Both the position numbers and the translations under genes were made by a program. Under the pieces are notes generated by a model. The model saw only the letters and a program-made list of their open reading frames with translations, was not told the DNA's origin and did not search any database. From assembly GCF_009914755.1 (NCBI RefSeq), contig NC_060948.1: a stretch of 64,000 bases of DNA, one strand, 5' to 3'. The stretch is from the human T2T-CHM13v2.0 reference genome, Homo sapiens. Positions 22,439-41,789 of the stretch are shown here, piece after piece (within the stretch, counting starts at the first letter, position 1; the number at the start of each line of letters is the position of its first letter).

Positions 22439-24564
22439 AGATCCGTATTTTTTAAATGAAAAAAAATTTCAAAGGTACTCTGCTTGGTACAATAATCAAA
22501 TGTATAAACTGAGGAATAAAACATAACCATGAAACCTACTTATAACTGCATATGGAAAATACAGAGGATAATTTTTTAAATAACATATTTTGAAAGCCTT
22601 AACTAGTAATTTGAAGAGCTGGCATTTGAAAGGCCAGTATGAATATACCTTCAAAGCAGCAACACAGGTTCCCCATGAGAAAAAGCAAACACAGGGAAAA
22701 TAAAAACACAAAGGTTCAATCTCTTCTGACCTTTGAAAGACACAGCACAGACAGTGGTCCTTAGGACGAAGAGCAGGAGACCCCTAATTCCGTCACCATG
22801 GCGATAGGGCATAAACATTGCTGGGTGAGGGCACAATCCACATTGTGAGGTCCAACTGCTGCCAGGAAGACAGGAGTGCTTTTACATAGACCGAAAGGTC
22901 ATTGAAGGCTCAGAGTTTTGTTTCAAGAACTGAAACCCAAGCCCACACGTTATTAGGCTGCGCTTCTTAAAACAAGTTATGAGATGGGAAAAAGGGCACC
23001 CACAAACATACGTATACATTATGTATATAATAATATACAGTATCATATATATAATATATATAACCTATGTATAATATTGTTTTACATCCTGCATCTTATG
23101 TTATATATATTGTATAAAATATAATAGTTGAAAATATATAAGTTTTATAATTATACAATATGACATATAGTATATATTATAATTTATGACATATATAATA
23201 TATGTTATATGTCATATATAGAATATATTATACGGTTAATATACGTATTAAATATAAATTATACATTATATATATTATATATAATATATCTGTTATATAT
23301 AATACCCATTATGCATAATATATATATTATGTCTATGTTATATATAGTATAAAACAACATATAATAATATATAATTGTATATATAAAATGCGACATATAA
23401 TATATATTATATTTTATAACATATGTAATATATATTATATATTATATAATACGTTGTATGTATAATACCTATATTAAATATATATTATATGACTATGTTA
23501 TTAATTACATGTCACATGTGTTATATATTATATATTTTACATAGAATATACCGGTTACATACAATATATACTATGTTACCTATAATGTATAATTTATTAC
23601 ATGTAAAATAAAGAATGCAATATATTATGTATAATTTATAATATACCATATGTGGAATGTGATATATATAACATATAATATATGATATATGATATACAGT
23701 ATATGATATATAACATACAATATATGATTCCTAATATATATGGTATACAATATATATTTTATGATATGTATTCTATATGTTTTATATTCTGTTATATATA
23801 ACTATTTGAAATTATATATAACTGTATAATATTTTATGTAAATATGTAATATAATATATATAACTATATAATATATTATATATAACTATATATTATGTTA
23901 TATATACTTTTATAACATAATTTACATAAAATATCATAATATAATATATATTATATTATTTCATATTACATAATATATATTACATATCACCCAATAAAAC
24001 TAACATACATAATATTATAATATAGATTATATTGTGTTATATTAAATATCATATATATCATGTATCATATATCCTATAATATATATTACACATTATATAA
24101 TATGTATGTTGTCTATTATGTGATATATATAACTATATATATAATTATATTTTTATACATATAACTAGATAAACATGTAATTCTACATATTTTCATTTAT
24201 AATATGTAGAATTATATAATCATATATAATTATTTATATTCTATAAAAAATTTTATCATTATATAAATTATAATATATAAAAATTATAATATGTACTACA
24301 AATATATATATTATATATCATATATGATATAGTACCTTTGTTATATTTCATAATACATATAAATGTGTATTATGTTATCTATAATTATATAATTTCATAT
24401 ATAAGATGTATAATGTGTATCATATATTATATATGTTATGTAATATATATAGTATATATAAGATGACACAGGATAAATATTATATACTATGACATATAAA
24501 ATATATGAGGTTATATGTTACATATAAGGCATAGCACAGAACATTTAATATATATCATATATAA

Positions 24565-24856
<292 letters not shown>

Positions 24857-26959
24857 AGATCCATATTTTTTAAATGAAAAAAAATTTCAAAGGTACTCTG
24901 CTTGGTACAATAATCAAATGTATAAACTGAGGAATAAAACATAACCATGAAACCTACTTATAACTGCATATGGAAAATACAGAGGATAATTTTTTAAATA
25001 ACATATTTTGAAAGCCTTAACTAGTAATTTGAAGAGTTGGCATTTGAAAGGCCAGTATGAATATACCTTCAAAGCAGCAACACAGGTTCCCCATGAGAAA
25101 AAGCAAACACAGGGAAAATAAAAACACAAAGGTTCAATCTCTTCTGACCTTTGAAAGACACAGCACAGACAGTGGTCCTTAGGACGAAGAGCAGGAGACC
25201 CCTAATTCCGTCACCATGGCGATAGGGCATAAACATTGCTGGGTGAGGGCACAATCCACATTGTGAGGTCCAACTGCTGCCAGGAAGACAGGAGTGCTTT
25301 TACATAGACCGAAAGGTCATTGAAGGCTCAGAGTTTTGTTTCAAGAACTGAATCCCAAGCCCACACGTTATTAGGCTGCGCTTCTTAAAACAAGTTATGA
25401 GATGGGAAAAAGGGCACCCACAAACATACGTATACATTATGTATATAATAATATACAGTATCATATATATAATATATATAACCTATGTATAATATTGTTT
25501 TACATCCTGCATCTTATGTTATATATATTGTATAAAATATAATAATTGATAATATATAAGTTTTATAATTATACAATATGACATATAGTATATATTATAA
25601 TTTATGACATATATAATATATGTTATATGTCATATATAGAATATATTATACGGTTAATATACGTATTAAATATAAATTATACATTATATATATTATATAT
25701 AATATATCTGTTATATATAATACCCATTATGCATAATATATATATTATGTCTATGTTATATATAGTATAAAACAACATATAATAATATATAATTGTATAT
25801 ATAAAATGCGACATATAATATATATTATATTTTATAACATATGTAATATATATTATATATTATATATAATACGTTGTATGTATAATACCTATATTAAATA
25901 TATATTATATGACTATGTTATTAATTACATGTCACATGTGTTATATATTATATATTTTACATAGAATATACCGGTTACATACAATATATACTATGTTACC
26001 TATAATGTATAATTTATTACATGTAAAATAAAGAATGCAATATATTATGTAAAATTTATAATATACCATATGTGGAATGTGATATATATAACATATAATA
26101 TATGATATATGATATACAGTATATGATATATAACATACAATATATGATTCCTAATATATATGGTATACAATATATATTTTATGATATGTATTCTATATGT
26201 TTTATATTCTGTTATATATAACTATTTGAAATTATATATAACTGTATAATATTTTATGTAAATATGTAATATAATATATATAACTATATAATATATTATA
26301 TATAACTATATATTATGTTATATATACTTTTATAACATAATTTACATAAAATATCATAATATAATATATATTATATTATTTCATATTACATAATATATAT
26401 TACATATCACCCAATATAACTAACATACATAATATTATAATATAGATTATATTATGTTATATTAAATATCATATATATCATGTATCATATATTCTATAAT
26501 ATATATTACACATTATATAATATGTATGTTGTCTATTATGTGATATATATAACTATATATAATTATATTTTTATACATATAACTAGATAAACATGTAATT
26601 CTACATATTTTCGTTTATAATATGTAGAATTATATAATCATATATAATTATTTATATTCTATAAAAAATTTTATCATTATATAAATTATAATATATAAAA
26701 ATTATAATATGTACTACAAATATATATATTATATATCATATATGCTATAGTACCTTTGTTATATATCATAATACATATAAATGTGTATTATGTTATCTAT
26801 AATTATATAATTTCATATATAAGATGTATAATGTGTATCATATATTATATATGTTATGTAATATATATAGTATATATAAGATGACACAGGATAAATATTA
26901 TATACTATGACATATAAAATATATGAGGTTATATGTTACATATAAGGCATAGCACATAA

Positions 26960-27274
<315 letters not shown>

Positions 27275-29400
27275 AGATCCATATTTTTTAAATGAAAAAA
27301 AATTTCAAAGGTACTCTGCTTGGTACAATAATCAAATGTATAAACTGAGGAATAAAACATAACCATGAAACCTACTTATAACTGCATATGGAAAATACAG
27401 AGGATAATTTTTTAAATAACATATTTTGAAAGCCTTAACTAGTATTTTGAAGAGTTGGCATTTGAAAGGCCAGTATGAATATACCTTCAAAGCAGCAACA
27501 CAGGTTCCCCATGAGAAAAAGCAAACACAGGGAAAATAAAAACACAAAGGTTCAATCTCTTCTGACCTTTGAAAGACACAGCACAGACAGTGGTCCTTAG
27601 GACGAAGAGCAGGAGACCCCTAATTCCGTCACCATGGCGATAGGGCATAAACATTGCTGGGTGAGGGCACAATCCATATTGTGAGGTCCAACTGCTGCCA
27701 GGAAGACAGGAGTGCTTTTACATAGACCGAAAGGTCATTGAAGGCTCAGAGTTTTGTTTCAAGAACTGAATCCCAAGCCCACACGTTATTAGGCTGCGCT
27801 TCTTAAAACAAGTTATGAGATGGGAAAAAGGGCACCCACAAACATACGTATACATTATGTATATAATAATATACAGTATCATATATATAATATATATAAC
27901 CTATGTATAATATTGTTTTACATCCTGCATCTTATGTTATATATATTGTATAAAATATAATAGTTGATAATATATAAGTTTTATAATTATACAATATGAC
28001 ATATAGTATATATTATAATTTATGACATATATAATATATGTTATATGTCATATATAGAATATATTATACGGTTAATATACGTATTAAATATAAATTATAC
28101 ATTATATATATTATATATAATATATCTGTTATATATAATACCCATTATGCATAATATATATATTATGTCTATGTTATATATAGTATAAAACAACATATAA
28201 TAATATATAATTGTATATATAAAATGCGACATATAATATATATTATATTTTATAACATATGTAATATATATTATATATTATATATAATACGTTGTATGTA
28301 TAATACCTATATTAAATATATATTATATGACTATGTTATTAATTACGTGTCACATGTGTTATATATTATATATTTTACATAGAATATACCGGTTACATAC
28401 AATATATACTATGTTACCTATAATGTATAATTTATTACATGTAAAATAAAGAATGCAATATATTATGTAAAATTTATAATATACCATAGGTGGAATGTGA
28501 TATATATAACATATAATATATGATATATGATATACAGTATATGATATATAACATACAATATATGATTCCTAATATATATGGTATACAATATATATTTTAT
28601 GATATGTATTCTATATGTTTTATATTCTGTTATATATAACTATTTGAAATTATATATAACTGTATAATATTTTATGTAAATATGTAATATAATATATATA
28701 ACTATATAATATATTATATATAACTATATATTATGTTATATATACTTTTATAACATAATTTACATAAAATATCATAATATAATATATATTATATTATTTC
28801 ATATTACATAATATATATTACATATCACCCAATATAACTAACATACATAATATTATAATATAGATTATATTATGTTATATTAAATATCATATATATCATG
28901 TATCATATATTCTATAATATATATTACACATTATATAATATGTATGTTGTCTATTATGTGATATATATAACTATATATAATTATATTTTTATACATATAA
29001 CTAGATAAACATGTAATTCTACATATTTTCGTTTATAATATGTAGAATTATATAATCATATATAATTATTTATATTCTATAAAAAATTTTATCATTATAT
29101 AAATTATAATATATAAAAATTATAATATGTACTACAAATATATATATTATATATCATATATGCTATAGTACCTTTGTTATATATCATAATACATATAAAT
29201 GTGTATTATGTTATCTATAATTATATAATTTCATATATAAGTTGTATAATATGTATCATATATTATATATGTTATGTAATATATATAGTATATATAAGAT
29301 GACACAGGATAAATATTATATACTATGAGATATAAAATATATGAGGTTATATGTTACATATAAGGCATAGCACATAACATGTAATACATATCATATATAA

Positions 29401-29692
29401 TTTTTTTTTAGACAGAATCTTGTCCTGTTGCACAGTGTGGGGTACAATGGCGCCATCTTTGCTCACTGCAACTTCTGCCTCACGGGTCCAAGCGATTCTC
29501 CTCCCTCAGCCTCCCAGGTAGCTGGGACTACACCACACTGGGACTACACCAGCTGCCACCATGCCTAGCTAATTATTTGGATTTTTAGTAGTGACAGCGT
29601 TTCACTGTATTGGCCAGGATGGTCTTGATCTCTTCACCTTGTGATCCCCTTGCCTTGGCCTCCAAATTTGCTGGGATTACAGGCCTGAGCCA
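29401..29692 (-). mobile_element. Diverged Alu, unit 13
   Basis: Near-identical copy; ctaattattt variant. Confidence 0.95.
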
Positions 29693-31820
29693 AGATCCAT
29701 ATTTTTTAAATGAAAAAAAATTTCAAAGGTACTCTGCTTGGTACAATAATCAAATGTATAAACTGAGGAATAAAACATAACCATGAAACCTACTTATAAC
29801 TGCATATGGAAAATACAGAGGATAATTTTTTAAATAACATATTTTGAAAGCCTTAACTAGTAATTTGAAGAGTTGGCATTTGAAAGGCCAGTATGAATAT
29901 ACCTTCAAAGCAGCAACACAGGTTCCCCATGAGAAAAAGCAAACACAGGGAAAATAAAAACACAAAGGTTCAATCTCTTCTGACCTTTGAAAGACACAGC
30001 ACAGACAGTGGTCCTTAGGACGAAGAGCAGGAGACCCCTAATTCCGTCACCATGGCGATAGGGCATAAACATTGCTGGGTGAGGGCACAATCCACATTGT
30101 GAGGTCCAACTGCTGCCAGGAAGACAGGAGTGCTTTTACATAGACCGAAAGGTCATTGAAGGCTCAGAGTTTTGTTTCAAGAACTGAATCCCAAGCCCAC
30201 ACGTTATTAGGCTGCGCTTCTTTAAACAAGTTATGAGATGGGAAAAAGGGCACCCACAAACATACGTATACATTATGTATATAATAATATACAGTATCAT
30301 ATATATAATATATATAACCTATGTATAATATTGTTTTACATCCTGCATCTTATGTTATATATATTGTATAAAATATAATAGTTGATAATATATAAGTTTT
30401 ATAATTATACAATATGACATATAGTATATATTATAATTTATGACATATATAATATATGTTATATGTCATATATAGAATATATTATACGGTTAATATACGT
30501 ATTAAATATAAATTATACATTATATATATTATATATAATATATCTGTTATATATAATACCCATTATGCATAATATATATATTATATCTATGTTATATATA
30601 GTATAAAACAACATATAATAATATATAATTGTATATATAAAATGCGACATATAATATATATTATATTTTATAACATATGTAATATATATTATATATTATA
30701 TATAATACGTTGTAAGTATAATACCTATATTAAATATATATTATATGACTATGTTATTAATTACGTGTCACATGTGTTATATATTATATATTTTACATAG
30801 AATATACCGGTTACATACAATATATACTATGTTACCTATAATGTACAATTTATTACATGTAAAATAAAGAATGCAATACATTATGTATAATTTATAATAT
30901 ACCATATGTGGAATGTGATATATATAACATATAATATATGATATATGATATACAGTATATGATATATAACATACAATATATGATTCCTAATATATATGGT
31001 ATACAATATATATTTTATGATATGTATTCTATATGTTTTATATTCTGTTATATATAACTATTTGAAATTATATATAACTGTATAATATTTTATGTAAATA
31101 TGTAATATAATATATATAACTATATAATATATTATATATAACTATATATTATGTTATATATACTTTTATAACATAATTTACATAAAATATCATAATATAA
31201 TATATATTATATTATTTCATATTACATAATATATATTACATATCACCCAATATAACTAACATACATAATATTATAATATAGATTATATTGCGTTATATTA
31301 AATATCATATATATCATGTATCATATATTCTATAATATATATTACACATTATATAATATGTATGTTGTCTATTATGTGATATATATAACTATATATATAA
31401 TTATATTTTTATACATATAACTAGATAAACATGTAATTCTACATATTTTCATTTATAATATGTAGAATTATATAATCATATATAATTATTTATATTCTAT
31501 AAAAAATTTTATCATTATATAAATTATAATATATAAAAATTATAATATGTACTACAAATATATATATTATATATCATATATGCTATAGTACTATTGTTAT
31601 ATTTCATAATACATATAAATGTGTATTATGTTATCTATAATTATATAATTTCATATATAAGGTGTATAATATGTATCATAAATTATATATGTTGTGTAAT
31701 ATATATAGTATATATAAGATGACACAGGATAAATATTATATACTATGACATATAAAATATATGAGGTTATATGTTACATATAAGGCATAGCACATAACAT
31801 GTAATATATATCATATATAA

Positions 31821-32112
31821 TTTTTTTTTAGACAGAATCTTGTCCTGTTGCACAGGGTGGGGTACAATGGCGCCATCTTTGCTGACTGCAAATTCTGCCT
31901 CACGGGTCCAAGCGATTGTCCTCCCTCAGCCTCCCAGGTAGCTGGGACTACACCACACAGGGACTACACCAGCTGCCACCATGCCTAGCTAATTTTTTGG
32001 ATTTTTAGTAGTGACAGCGTTTCACTGTATTGGCCAGGATGGTCTTGATCTCTTCACCTTGTGATCCCCTTGCCTTGGCCTCCAAATTTGCTGGGATTAC
32101 AGGCCTGAGCCA
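31821..32112 (-). mobile_element. Diverged Alu, unit 14
   Basis: Near-identical copy; gctgactgcaaattc variant. Confidence 0.95.
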
Positions 32113-34217
32113 AGATCCATATTTTTTAAATGAAAAAAAATTTCAAAGGTACTCTGCTTGGTACAATAATCAAATGTATAAACTGAGGAATAAAACATAA
32201 CCATGAAACCTACTTATAACTGCATATGGAAAATACAGAGGATAATTTTTTAAATAACATATTTTGAAAGCCTTAACTAGTAATTTGAAGAGTTGGCATT
32301 TGAAAGGCCAGTATGAATATACCTTCAAAGCAGCAACACAGGTTCCCCATGAGAAAAAGCAAACACAGGGAAAATAAAAACACAAAGGTTCAATCTCTTC
32401 TGACCTTTGAAAGACACAGCACAGACAGTGGTCCTTAGGACGAAGAGCAGGAGACCCCTAATTCCGTCACCATGACGATAGGGCATAAACATTGCTGGGT
32501 GAGGGCACAATCCACATTGTGAGGTCCAACTGCTGCCAGGAAGACAGGAGTGCTTTTACATAGACCGAAAGGTCATTGAAGGCTCAGAGTTTTGTTTCAA
32601 GAACTGAATCCCAAGCCCACACGTTATTAGGCTGCGCTTCTTAAAACAAGTTATGAGATGGGAAAAAGGGCACCCACAAACATACGTATACATTATGTAT
32701 ATAATAATATACAGTATCATATATATAATATATATAACCTATGTATAATACTGTTTTACATCCTGCATCTTATGTTATATATATTGTATAAAATATAATA
32801 ATTGATAATATATAAGTTTTATAATTATACAATATGACATATAGTATATATTATAATTTATGACATATATAATATATGTTATATGTCATATATAGAATAT
32901 ATTATACGGTTAATATACGTATTAAATATAAATTATACATTATATATATTATATACAATATATCTGTTATATATAATACCCATTATGCATAATATATATA
33001 TTATGTCTATGTTATATATAGTATAAAACAACATATAATAATATATAATTGTATATATAAAATGCGACATATAATATATATTATATTTTATAACATATGT
33101 AATATATATTATATATTATATATAACACGTTGTATGTATAATACCTATATTAAATATATATTATATGACTATGTTATTAATTACATGTCACATGTGTTAT
33201 ATATTATATATTTTACATAGAATATACCGGTTACATACAATATATACTATGTTACCTATAATGTATAATTTATTACATGTAAAATAAAGAATGCAATATA
33301 TTATGTATAATTTATAATATACCATATGTGGAATGTGATATATATAACATATAATATATGATATATGATATACAGTATATGATATATAACATACAATATA
33401 TGATTCCTAATATATATGGTATACAATATATATTTTATGATATGTATTCTATATGTTTTATATTCTGTTATATATAAGTATTTGAAATTATATATAACTG
33501 TATAATATTTTATGTAAATATGTAATATAATATATATAACTATATAATATATTATATATAACTATATATTATGTTATATATACTTTTATAACATAATTTA
33601 CATAAAATATCATAATATAATATATATTATATTATTTCATATTACATAATATATATTACATATCACCCAATATAACTAACATACATAATATTATAATATA
33701 GATTATATTGTGTTATATTAAATATCATATATATCATGTATCATATATTCTATAATATATATTACACATTATATAATATGTATGTTGTCTATTATGTGAT
33801 ATATATAACTATATATATAATTATATTTTTATACATATAACTAGATAAACATGTAATTCTACATATTTTCATTTATAATATGTAGAATTATATAATCATA
33901 TATAATTATTTATATTCTATAAAAAATTTTATCATTATATAAATTATAATATATAAAAATTATAATATGTACTACAAATATATATATTATATATCATATA
34001 TGATATAGTACCTTTGTTATATATCATAATACATATACATGTGTATTATGTTATCTATAATTATATAATTTCATATATAAGATGTATAATATGTATCATA
34101 TATTATATAAGTTATGTAATATATATAGTATATATAAGATGACAAAGGATAAATATTATATACTATGACATATAAAATATATGAGGTTATATGTTACATA
34201 TAAGGCATAGCACATAA

Positions 34218-34532
<315 letters not shown>

Positions 34533-36637
34533 AGATCCATATTTTTTAAATGAAAAAAAATTTCAAAGGTACTCTGCTTGGTACAATAATCAAATGTATA
34601 AACTGAGGAATAAAACATAACCATGAAACCTACTTATAACTGCATATGGAAAATACAGAAGATAATTTTTTAAATAACATATTTTGAAAGCCTTAACTAG
34701 TAATTTGAAGAGTTGGCATTTGAAAGGCCAGTATGAATATACCTTCAAAGCAGCAACACAGGTTCCCCATGAGAAAAAGCAAACACAGGGAAAATTAAAA
34801 CACAAAGGTTCAATCTCTTCTGACCTTTGAAAGACACAGCACAGACAGTGGTCCTTAGGAGGAAGAGCACGAGACCCCTAATTCCGTCACCATGGCGATA
34901 GGGCATAAACATTGCTGGGTGAGGGCACAATCCACATTGTGAGGTCCAACTGCTGCCAGGAAGACAGGAGTGCTTTTACATAGACCGAAAGGTCATTGAA
35001 GGCTCAGAGTTTTGTTTCAAGAACTGAATCCCAAGCCCACACGTTATTAGGCTGCGCTTCTTAAAACAAGTTATGAGATGGGAAAAAGGGCACCCACAAA
35101 CATACGTATACATTATGTATATAATAATATACAGTATCATATATATAATATATATAACCTATGTATAATATTGTTTTACATCCTGCATCTTATGTTATAT
35201 ATATTGTATAAAATATAATAATTGATAATATATAAGTTTTATAATTATACAATAAGACATATAGTATATATTATAATTTGTGACATATATAATATATGTT
35301 ATATGTCATATATAGAATATATTATACGGTTAATATACGTATTAAATATAAATTATACATTATATATATTATATATATTATATCTGTTATATATAATACC
35401 CATTATGCTTAATATATATATTATGTCTATGTTATATATAGTATAAAACAACATATAATAATATATAATTGTATATATAAAATGCGACATATAATATATA
35501 TTATATTTTATAACATATGTAATATATATTATATATTATATATAATACGTTGTATGTATAATACCTATATTAAATATATATTATATGACTATGTTATTAA
35601 TTACATGTCACATGTGTTATATATTATATATTTTACATAGAATATACCGGTTACATACAATATATACTATGTTACCTATAATGTATAATTTTTTACATGT
35701 AAAATAAAGAATGCAATATATTATGTATAATTTATAATATACCATATGTGGAATGTGATATATATAACATATAATATATGATATATGATATACAGTATAT
35801 GATATATAACATACAATATATGATTCCTAATATATATGGTATACAATATATATTTTATGATATGTATTCTATATGTTTTATATTCTGTTATATATAACTA
35901 TTTGAAATTATATATAACTGTATAATATTTTATGTAAATATGTAATATAATATATATAACTATATAATATATTATATATAACTATATATTATGTTATATA
36001 TACTTTTATAACATAATTTACATAAAATATCATAATATAATATATATTATATTATTTCATATTACATAATATATATTACATATCACCCAATATAAGTAAC
36101 ATACATAATATTATAATATAGATTATATTGTGTTATATTAAATATCATATATATCATGTATCATATATTCTATAATATATATTACACATTATATAATATG
36201 TATGTTGTCTATTATGTGATATACATAACTATATATATAATTATATTTTTATACATATAACTAGATAAACATGTAATTCTACATATTTTCATTTATAATA
36301 TGTAGAATTATATAATCATATATAATTATTTATATTCTATAAAAAATTTTATCATTATATAAATTATAATATATAAAAATTATAATATGTACTACAAATA
36401 TATATATTATATATCATATATGATATAGTACCTTTGTTATATATCATAATACATATAAATGTGTATTATGTTATCTATAATTATATAATTTCATATAAAA
36501 GATGTATAATATGTATCATATATTATATATGTTATGAAATATATATAGTATATATAAGATGACACAGGATAAATATTATATACTATGACATATAAAATAT
36601 ATGAGGTTACATGTTACATATAAGGCATAGCACATAA

Positions 36638-36952
<315 letters not shown>

Positions 36953-39052
36953 AGATCCATATTTTTTAAATGAAAAAAAATTTCAAAGGTACTCTGCTTG
37001 GTACAATAATCAAATGTATAAACTGAGGAATAAAACATAACCATGAAACCTACTTATAACTGCATATGGAAAATACAGAGGATAATTTTTTAAATAACAT
37101 ATTTTGAAAGCCTTAACTAGTAATTTGAAGAGTTGGCATTTGAAAGGCCAGTATGAATATACCTTCAAAGCAGCAACACAGGTTCCCCATGAGAAAAAGC
37201 AAACACAGGGAAAATAAAAACACAAAGGTTCAATCTCTTCTGACCTTTGAAAGACACAGCACAGACAGTGGTCCTTAGGACGAAGAGCAGGAGACCCCTA
37301 ATTCCGTCACCATGGCGATAGGGCATAAACATTGCTGGGTGAGGGCACAATCCACATTGTGAGGTCCAACTGCTGCCAGGAAGACAGGAGTGCTTTTACA
37401 TAGACCGAAAGGTCATTGAAGGCTCAGAGTTTTGTTTCAAGAACTGAATCCCAAGCCCACACGTTATTAGGCTGCGCTTCTTAAAACAAGTTATGAGATG
37501 GGAAAAAGGGCACCCACAAACATACGTATACATTATGTATATAATAATATACAGTATCATATATATAATATATATAACCTATGTATAATATTGTTTTACA
37601 TCCTGCATCTTATGTTATATATATTGTATAAAATATAATAATTGATAATATATAAGTTTTATAATTATACAATATGACATATAGTATATATTATAATTTA
37701 TGACATATATAATATATGTTATATATCATATATAGAATATATTATACGGTTAATATACGTATTAAATATAAATTATACATTATATATATTATATATAATA
37801 TATCTGTTATATATAATACCCATTATGCATAATATATATATTATGTCTATGTTATATATAGTATAAAACAACATATAATAATATATAATTGTATATATAA
37901 AATGCGACATATAATATATATTATATTTTATAACATATGTAATATATATTATATATAATACGTTGTATGTATAATACCTATATTAAATATATATTATATG
38001 ACTATGTTATTAATTACATGTCACATGTGTTACATATTATATATTTTACATAGAATATACCGGTTACATACAATATATACTATGTTACCTATAATGTATA
38101 ATTTATTACATGTAAAATAAAGAATGCAATATATTATGTATAATTTATAATATACAATATGTGGAATGTGACATATGTAACATATAATATATGATATATG
38201 ATATACAGTATATGATATATAACATACAATATATGATTCCTAATATATACGGTATACAATATATATTTTATGATATGTATTCTATATGTTTTATATTCTG
38301 TTATATATAACTATTTGAAATTATATATAACTGTATAATATTTTATGTAAATATGTAATATAATATATATAACTATATAATATATTATATATAACTATAT
38401 ATTATGTTATATATACTTTTATAACATAATTTACATAAAATATCATAATATAATATATATTATATTATTTCATATTACATAATATATATTACATATCACC
38501 CAATATAACTAACATACATAATATTATAATATAGATTATATTATGTTATATTAAATATCATATATATCATGTATCATATATTCTATAATATATATTACAC
38601 ATTATATAATATGTATGTTGTCTATTATGTGATATATATAACTCAATATATAATTATATTTTTATACATATAACTAGATAAACATGTAATTCTACATATT
38701 TTCATTTATAATATGTAGAATTATATAATCATATATAATTATTTATATTCTATAAAAAATTTTATCATTATATAAATTATAATATATAAAAATTATAATA
38801 TGTACTACAAATATATATATATTATATATCATATATGATATAGTACCTTTGTTATATATCATAATACATATAAATGTGTATTATGTTATCTATAATTATA
38901 TAATTTCATATATAAGATGTATAATATGTATCATATATTATATATGTTATGTAATATATATAGTATATATAAGATGACACAGGATAAATATTATATACTA
39001 TGACATATAAAATATATGAGGTTATATGTTACATATAAGGCATAGCACATAA

Positions 39053-39367
<315 letters not shown>

Positions 39368-41474
39368 AGATCCATATTTTTTAAATGAAAAAAAATTTCA
39401 AAGGTACTCTGCTTGGTACAATAATCAAATGTATAAACTGAGGAATAAAACATAACCATGAAACCTACTTATAACTGCTTATGGAAAATACAGAGGATAA
39501 TTTTTTAAATAACATATTTTGAAAGCCTTAACTAGTAATTTGAAGAGTTGGCATTTGAAAGGCCAGTATGAATAAACCTTCAAAGCAGCAACACAGGTTC
39601 CCCATGAGAAAAAACAAACACAGGGAAAATAAAAACACAAAGGTTCAATCTCTTCTGACCTTTGAAAGACACAGCACAGACAGTGGTCCTTAGGACGAAG
39701 AGCAGGAGACCCCTAATTCCGTCACCATGGCGATAGGGCATAAACATTGCTGGGTGAGGGCACAATCCACATTGTGAGGTCCAACTGCTGCCAGGAAGAC
39801 AGGAGTGCTTTTACATAGACCGAAAGGTCATTGAAGGCTCAGAGTTTTGTTTCAAGAACTGAATCCCAAGCCCACACGTTATTAGGCTGCGCTTCTTAAA
39901 ACAAGTTATGAGATGGGAAAAAGGGCACCCACAAACATACGTATACATTATGTATATAATAATATACTGTATCATATATATAATATATATAACCTATGTA
40001 TAATATTGTTTTACATCCTGCATCTTATGTTATATATATTGTATAAAATATAATAATTGATAATATATAAGTTTTATAATTATACAATATGACATATAGT
40101 ATATATTATAATTTATGACATATATAATATATGTTATATATCATATATAGAATATATTATACGGTTAATATACGTATTAAATATAAATTATACCTTATAT
40201 ATATTATATATAATATATCTGTTATATATAATACCCATTATGCATAATATATATATTATGTCTATGTTATATATAGTATAAAACAACATATTATAATATA
40301 TAATTGTATATATAAAATGCGACATATAATATATATTATATTTTATAACATATGTAATATATATTATATATTATATATAATACGTTGTATGTATAATACC
40401 TATATTAAATATATATTATATGACTATGTTATTAATTACATGTCACATGTGTTATATATTATATATTTTACATAGAATATACCGGTTACATACAATATAT
40501 ACTATGTTACCTATAATGTATAATTTATTACATGTAAAATAAAGAATGCAATATATTATGTATAATTTATAATATACAATATGTGGAATGTGACATATGT
40601 AACATATAATATATGATATATGATATACAGTATATGATATATAACATACAATATATGATTCCTAATATATATGGTATACAATATATATTTTATGATATGT
40701 ATTCTATATGTTTTATATTCTGTTATATATAACTATTTGAAATTATATATAACTGTATAATATTTTATGTAAATATGTAATATAATATATATAACTATAT
40801 AATATATTATATATAACTATATATTATGTTATATATACTTTTATAACATAATTTACATAAAATATCATAATATAATATATATTATATTATTTCATATTAC
40901 ATAATATATATTACATATCACCCAATATAACTAACATACATAATATTATAATATAGATTATATTATGTTATATTAAATATCATATATATCATGTATCATA
41001 TATTCTATAATATATATTACACATTATATAATATGTATGTTGTCTATTATGTGATATATATAACTCAATATATAATTATATTTTTATACATATAACTAGA
41101 TAAACATGTAATTCTACATATTTTCATTTATAATATGTAGAATTATATAATCATATATAATTATTTATATTCTATAAAAAATTTTATCATTATATAAATT
41201 ATAATATATAAAAATTATAATATGTACTACAAATATATATATATTATATATCATATATGATATAGTACCTTTGTTATATATCATAATACATATAAATGTG
41301 TATTATGTTATCTATAATTATATAATTTCATATATAAGATGTATAATATGTATCATATATTATATATGTTATGTAATATATATAGTATATATAAGATGAC
41401 ACAGGATAAATATTATATACTATGACATATAAAATATATGAGGTTATATGTTACATATAAGGCATAGCACATAA

Positions 41475-41789
<315 letters not shown>

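Noticed and set aside
35222-35446. 74-aa Ile/Tyr-rich plus-strand ORF (also the 62-aa ORF at 8366-8554)
   Set aside because: Translation of (TA)n low-complexity sequence, opened by chance point mutations or a 2-bp deletion in single units.
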